DNA from: Pseudanabaena sp. UWO311
Lineage (GTDB): Bacteria > Cyanobacteriota > Cyanobacteriia > PCC-6307 > Cyanobiaceae
Direction: 5' to 3'
NCBI GenBank assembly: GCA_943370385.1
Contig: CALRQT020000008.1
Span: forward strand, 118,214-150,213
Length of the DNA: 32,000 nt
Below the pieces are notes generated by a model that was not told the DNA's origin, did no database searches, and was given only the letters and a program-made list of their open reading frames with translations. Made by a program: the position numbers and the translations under genes. How positions within the stretch are numbered: position 1 is the first letter of the stretch; every line of letters begins with the position of its first letter. Positions 27,600 to 32,000 of the stretch are shown here, one piece after another.

Positions 27600-28043
27600 G
27601 GATATACAGTTGACTAGGTTGGCCTGCTGTTAGTATGACTGATCAACGGCACTTTTGGCAGGAAATTTTTATTACGGATCTTATCTGTTGGATAGCTTAA
27701 AGTAGGATGGTTTTTGGGAGGCGATGGAGGCTTTAATTAAGGGCTTAAGATGTTTGGATCACAACAGTGTCCCCCCGCCGATTTATCCCGCTGCCATAGC
27801 TCATGCACTTGCCCCTCTAGGGCTTGAAAACCCTTGGGGATTGGGTGGCGGGGAAAGGCGCAGGCCACCGGCAAGATCTGGCCTGAATCGTCGCTTTGAT
27901 CGATGTCAATAATCGCTTGATCTCCAAATTGACCTTATTAGGGGGAGAAGATGATTATTTTTGCATCGGCATCGATTGATAATTGGCGCGACTCTCAATA
28001 AACGAAGCTGCCGATATTGGCGGCTGTGTACACATTATAAAAA

Positions 28044-28226
28044 ATGGAGCTTGAAGCTGCTCTCTGTGAATTCCTAAGCAGAGTGGCTCCAGACTTGGTG
28101 ATGCAACCATTTTGTTTTGAATTGGCAGGCCAGTACCTTGTATTCATCGAGAATGGCGGCCATTGGTGCTATGCAGTAATTTTTTCTAATGATAACCTAG
28201 GCAAGACCAATTTATATTGGAATTAA
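28044..28226 (+). CDS. Hypothetical small protein (60 aa)
   Basis: This ATG-initiated ORF lies in about 38% GC DNA (23/60 GC in 28141-28200), where a 60-codon open frame is less expected by chance. It has no recognisable family and could be a fragment. Confidence 0.25.
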   Translation: MELEAALCEFLSRVAPDLVMQPFCFELAGQYLVFIENGGHWCYAVIFSNDNLGKTNLYWN

Positions 28227-28292
28227 TTTAGCTTGGTCAATCATCCTTCCTGCTTGTTATACATCATCAAGCCAATCTTTTGGCCGCGCCTA

Positions 28293-28637
28293 TCAGCGCT
28301 GCGGTTCTTGCGCTTCCTTGCCACCAGGGCGATAACGATCCATCACAGTATCCAAGCTCTGGTTGGTGATCTTTGGATTACTCTGTTGTAAACAGGCCAG
28401 AAGAACGGCCTTATTGGCCTGCACGCGCTCCCTGGTGGGACGATTCCCTTGGGAGCTTGGCTGAACTTTGGAAAAACAGGTCTTAAATACGCTAGCTGGA
28501 ATGCCAAGATCACGGCTGATTTGATCCACGGGTCGCCTTGGATCATCCGATAACATCGCTGGCGCAGCTGCTCCAGCCTTGGGGGTGCTGGCGATTCCCA
28601 TGAGGATGAATAGCTGAATCAAGATGGCTCGTTGCAC
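28293..28637 (-). CDS. Small secreted protein, unknown family (about 114 aa, 2 Cys in the mature part)
   Basis: The track ORF 28293..28841 would overlap the divergent gene. An in-frame GTG at 28637 gives the signal peptide (M)QRAILIQLFILMGIASTPKAGAAAPA followed by MLSDDPRRPVDQISRDLGIP..VLLACLQQSNPKITNQSLDTVMDRYRPGG. Confidence 0.5.
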   Translation of the reverse strand: MQRAILIQLFILMGIASTPKAGAAAPAMLSDDPRRPVDQISRDLGIPASVFKTCFSKVQPSSQGNRPTRERVQANKAVLLACLQQSNPKITNQSLDTVMDRYRPGGKEAQEPQR

Positions 28638-28761
28638 CGGTTTGGTATTTTGGAGTTTGCATTTATTTTTGCACGCCTTGACCCGCGATGATGGCTGTCC
28701 TGCTTCCAGATCATGGCTTAAGCTGGTCAGTAAGAATTGGCCAAATCTTCGTAGGTGACCC

Positions 28762-29139
28762 TTGACCATTTTTCGTTCTCTTTTCGTAGTCTGCTTAGCG
28801 TTGGTATCCACGTCTGCTGCCCTAGCTGAAACCTGGACCACAACAGGGCGTTGTTCGTTTAATCGGGCATCTCAGAACTGCACGGTGCGCGCTAGTGCCG
28901 ATCTGTCCTCTCCCGCTTGGAGCGCCCGCTATGTGTTGCTATGGGCCGATGGTATCCGTCAGACGATAACAGTGGGCAGTGATGTGCGGGCTACGGTCAT
29001 CGTTGGCGGTAAGAGTATCGCCGCCGAGCAATTGCCCCCCGATCAAGCGGGCCATTGTGTGATTCGCTCCGTCACTGGCAATGTGACCAAATTTGATTCC
29101 GGTCGCCTTGGGGTGGTTAAGGATCAGCCTGGCTGTTGA
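28762..29139 (+). CDS. Small secreted 4-Cys protein, unknown family (125 aa)
   Basis: The TTG start is preceded by AGGTGA. A clear Sec signal, TIFRSLFVVCLALVSTSAALA, is followed by ETW. The mature part has Cys in the contexts GRC, QNC, GHC and PGC. It is on the same strand as, and 109 nt upstream of, the alpha-CA gene. Confidence 0.55.
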   Translation: MTIFRSLFVVCLALVSTSAALAETWTTTGRCSFNRASQNCTVRASADLSSPAWSARYVLLWADGIRQTITVGSDVRATVIVGGKSIAAEQLPPDQAGHCVIRSVTGNVTKFDSGRLGVVKDQPGC

Positions 29140-29248
29140 GTTGTTGGGGTTGCTCTGGTGCAGGTGTAGCTATTAAATCGAAGATGAATGGGCGATCCAG
29201 GCGAATTTCTGCTATGGTTTGATAGTTAATGTACTAACATTGATTTCC

Positions 29249-29992
29249 ATGGTTTCCAAGGTTGTTCCAGCAACTGCTTTGCTGCTGAGCTTGGCCCTGC
29301 CGGCCGCGGGTCTCGCCAAGCCCAAATACGGTTATTCCGGTGATATTGCCCCTGAAAAGTGGGGTAAACTCAGCCCTGATTATGCAGCTTGTTCCATTGG
29401 TACAAGTCAGGCTCCCCTCAATATCATTACGGCGAAAACCGTTAAGGATTCTAAGAGCCTGCCCCTAAAGCCCAATTACATCCCTGGCCCCGCCGAAGTA
29501 GTCAATACTGGCACTGGTATTCAAGTCAATCTTAAGGGGGACCTAAAGATCGGCCCAGCCGATTATAAGTTGTTGCAGTTCCACTTCCATGCCCATGGAG
29601 AGGAGGCGATTAACGGTGTTCATTATCCCCTCAATGCCCACCTGGTCCATGCCAACAGTGCCGGCAGCCTTCGGGTGATTGGTGTCAATCTCAAGGTTGG
29701 AGCTCCGAATGCCTATTTGGATTCGTTCTGGAGCAAGCTGCCTGCCAAGAAGGATGGAACGGTGAAAGTTGAACTGCCTTCCCTGGCTGGTTTGTTGCCC
29801 AAGTCCCTGGCTTACTTCACCTACACCGGCTCCCTGACCACCCCTCCTTGCACCGAGGGCGTTCAGTTCTTCATTCTTAAGGAGCCTGTGACGATTTCGG
29901 CCAAGCAACTAGACACCTTCTTAAAACTGTACCCAAACAACGCCCGTCCCGTTCAGCCTTTGAATGGACGTGTGATCAAATCCAGCAACTGA
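29249..29992 (+). CDS. ecaA: Alpha-class carbonic anhydrase with a Sec signal peptide (EcaA-like)
   Basis: The ATG at 29249 gives MVSKVVPATALLLSLALPAAGLA. The mature part begins YGYSGDIAPEKWGKLSPDYAACSIGTSQAPLNI and contains QFHFHAHGEEAINGVHYPLNAHLVH (three zinc His), YTGSLTTPPCTEGV and NARPVQPLNGR. The Cys pair is typical of periplasmic bacterial alpha-CAs. Confidence 0.9.
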   Translation: MVSKVVPATALLLSLALPAAGLAKPKYGYSGDIAPEKWGKLSPDYAACSIGTSQAPLNIITAKTVKDSKSLPLKPNYIPGPAEVVNTGTGIQVNLKGDLKIGPADYKLLQFHFHAHGEEAINGVHYPLNAHLVHANSAGSLRVIGVNLKVGAPNAYLDSFWSKLPAKKDGTVKVELPSLAGLLPKSLAYFTYTGSLTTPPCTEGVQFFILKEPVTISAKQLDTFLKLYPNNARPVQPLNGRVIKSSN

Positions 29993-30021
29993 TTGCTGCG
30001 GCTATTATCAACGAAGTTTTA

Positions 30022-30053
30022 GGGCGCTTCCTATCAGGAGCGCCCCTTTTTTA
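30022..30053 (+). terminator. Rho-independent terminator of the alpha-CA gene
   Basis: GGGCGCTTCC-TATCA-GGAGCGCCC (one bulged T) is followed by CTTTTTTAT, about 30 nt after the stop at 29992. Confidence 0.65.
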
Positions 30054-30182
30054 TGGCCGAAATGCAGCCACGGTGACCTTGTTTAGGGGTTGGTTATGGC
30101 TCCCTATCTATGGGTTTGGCACTGGCTTTTGCCTCAATGATCGTTGTTCCTGTTATTGCTTTTCTTGTCCTCCTAGGGCTCC

Positions 30183-30602
30183 CTAGTCCTCAGGGGAACG
30201 GGGTTGGCCCTGCCGTTTCCCCTTAATGGCGCTGCGCTGTTTTTTGGCCGCTAGCCGCCGCTCCACCGATCCCCGCGTCGGTTTTGTGCGTCGCCGCGGC
30301 GGCGCAGGAGGGGCGATTGCTTCCTTCAGCAGGTCCACCAAACGCCGTTGGGCGGCGACCCGGTTCTGCCATTGGGAGCGGTGTTCCGAGGCCACGATCA
30401 CTAAGGCTCCATCCACCAACCGTGGAGCCAACCGCTCCAGGGCTCGGGCCTTGAGCGCCGGTGGTAGGGCGGCAGAAGATGCCAGGTCAAAGAGCAACTC
30501 CACCCGGGTATCGGTGCTGTTGACGTTCTGACCGCCGGGTCCGGAGGAGCGAGAAAAACGCCACCCCAACACGGCCACGGGAATCGAAACTCCTGGGGTC
30601 AA
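30183..30602 (-). CDS. arfB: Alternative ribosome-rescue factor ArfB (peptidyl-tRNA hydrolase, YaeJ family)
   Basis: 139-aa ORF (TTG start) with the GGQ motif SSGPGGQNVNSTDTRVEL, then EHRSQWQNR and a basic C-terminal tail (RRRTKPTRGSVERRLAAKKQRSAIKGKR). Confidence 0.85.
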   Translation of the reverse strand: MTPGVSIPVAVLGWRFSRSSGPGGQNVNSTDTRVELLFDLASSAALPPALKARALERLAPRLVDGALVIVASEHRSQWQNRVAAQRRLVDLLKEAIAPPAPPRRRTKPTRGSVERRLAAKKQRSAIKGKRQGQPRSPED

Positions 30603-30640
30603 GGTGAGGTGGTCGTTGCGCTGATCGATGGCTAGTCACT

Positions 30641-31387
30641 TCAGATTACGGTTACTTTGCCAGTGCCGATATCGAAGTAGGCCGATTTGATCGCTAGTTT
30701 GCCGCTGGCCTGGGCCTGCTTGAGCACGTCGCTGCGTTGGGTGAGCGTAGCGGCCGAATAGAGGGCATTGCCCTGAATGGCCTTGGTGAGATCGTCGCCA
30801 GGCTTGAGCGAGGCTCGAATCGGCTTCACCAACCCTTCCAGCAGCGGGGTGAGGGGTGCGGAAGCCATCGCGGCCTTGACGGCACCACAGGCGCTATGGC
30901 CCATGACCAGGATCAGCGGCACTTCCAGCACGGCGACGGCGTATTCCATCGAAGCAATCGCATCGTCAAAGGCCGTATTGCCGGCGGCCCGGACCTGGAA
31001 CAGTTCACCGGAACCGGCAGCAAAGATCCATTCCGGGGCCACCCGGGCGTCGGCGCAGCTCAGCAGGGCGGCCCAGGGCTTCTGGCCTTCAGCTAAGGCG
31101 GCTGGGTTGATTTGGCAACCAGCGGCAAAGATCGACTTGGTTAACTCCATGCGCTGGCTTGCCGTGGGTGCACTCACCGCTTGCTGCCAGGCCTTGCTGA
31201 ATGTGCCATTACGTCGCAACAGTTCAGCGAGGGGATCCGTAGGGGGTGAACAGACGGTGAGATCCTTGGCCAGTTTCGAGTCCGTAGCGCCCGCAGCCTG
31301 GGCAGCTCCGCCGCTCAACTTCGGTAGGACTAGCCCACTAGCAACCAAGCTAGCTGCTTGGAGTAAGTGACGTCTAGAAAGTGCCAT
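30641..31387 (-). CDS. Beta-class carbonic anhydrase with a twin-arginine (Tat) signal peptide
   Basis: The track ORF is 30641..31402 (TTG). The ATG at 31387 gives MALSRRHLLQAASLVASGLVLPKLSGGAAQAAG. The beta-CA zinc-site motifs are SCADARVAPE (C-x-D-x-R) and VMGHSACGAV (H-x-x-C), with FQVRAAGN also present. Confidence 0.85.
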   Translation of the reverse strand: MALSRRHLLQAASLVASGLVLPKLSGGAAQAAGATDSKLAKDLTVCSPPTDPLAELLRRNGTFSKAWQQAVSAPTASQRMELTKSIFAAGCQINPAALAEGQKPWAALLSCADARVAPEWIFAAGSGELFQVRAAGNTAFDDAIASMEYAVAVLEVPLILVMGHSACGAVKAAMASAPLTPLLEGLVKPIRASLKPGDDLTKAIQGNALYSAATLTQRSDVLKQAQASGKLAIKSAYFDIGTGKVTVI

Positions 31388-31570
31388 TAGAATGTCATTC
31401 AATGGTCTAGCCGGGTAAGCCCTGGCATTTAGGGCAAATCTAGGGGCGAAACTTTGAAAAGGGTCTCACCAGGGCCCCTTTAAGCCAGAGCGATGGGCTG
31501 ATGGGGGCCGTCTTGCGTGAGCGACCAACGAGGACGGGCCAGATTTCAGTGGCCCAGACGACAGGGGTGA

Positions 31571-32000
<430 letters not shown>

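Noticed and set aside
27724-27912. 62-aa plus-strand ORF (MEALIKGLRCLDHN...)
   Set aside because: It lies opposite the more protein-like stop-free minus frame, is Arg/Pro/Gly-rich and has no support. It is treated as part of the decayed region rather than a gene.
29228-29241. Inverted repeat AATGT-ACTA-ACATT just upstream of the alpha-CA start, considered as a LysR-type (CmpR/CcmR-like) operator or a translational hairpin
   Set aside because: It has only 5 AT-rich bp per arm, which is expected by chance in AT-rich DNA. Its spacing does not fit the TTA-N7/8-TAA pattern I recall, so it is too weak to call.

Overview
This is a high-GC picocyanobacterial chromosome segment (Synechococcus/Cyanobium type) covering the replication-origin neighbourhood. 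All calls come from reading the ORF translations and the DNA by eye; no searches were run.

Core block (1-26.5 kb): argH (partial), PP2C/SpoIIE phosphatase, ftsY, nusB, DUF502, a membrane protein, queG, a TPR protein, a GyrA/ParC paralog, purF, purL, a PRC-barrel protein and dnaN. Then comes a 584-bp spacer, followed by thrC, a DUF1400-like protein, an ABC1 kinase, recN and uvrA. From memory, this order matches the conserved dnaN-proximal block at the start and end of Prochlorococcus and marine Synechococcus genomes.

The dnaN-thrC spacer holds eight TTTTCC-core DnaA-box-like motifs, a 16-bp direct repeat, an AT-rich tract and a strong intrinsic terminator, so it is a candidate oriC.

Accessory block (26.5-31.4 kb): a roughly 3.7-kb low-GC insertion carries a DUF707-like gene, a coding-poor decayed stretch, two divergent small secreted Cys-containing proteins and a Sec-signal alpha-carbonic anhydrase with unusual active-site substitutions. 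It is followed by arfB and a Tat-signal beta-carbonic anhydrase, then divergent speE (partial).

I found no tRNA, rRNA, CRISPR array, transposase or integrase. The most notable feature is the pair of exported carbonic anhydrases of different classes, together with uncharacterised secreted partners on a compositionally foreign block. I could not identify a clear-cut novel multi-gene system beyond that.

Many long ORFs in the track are antisense artefacts of high GC content and were rejected.
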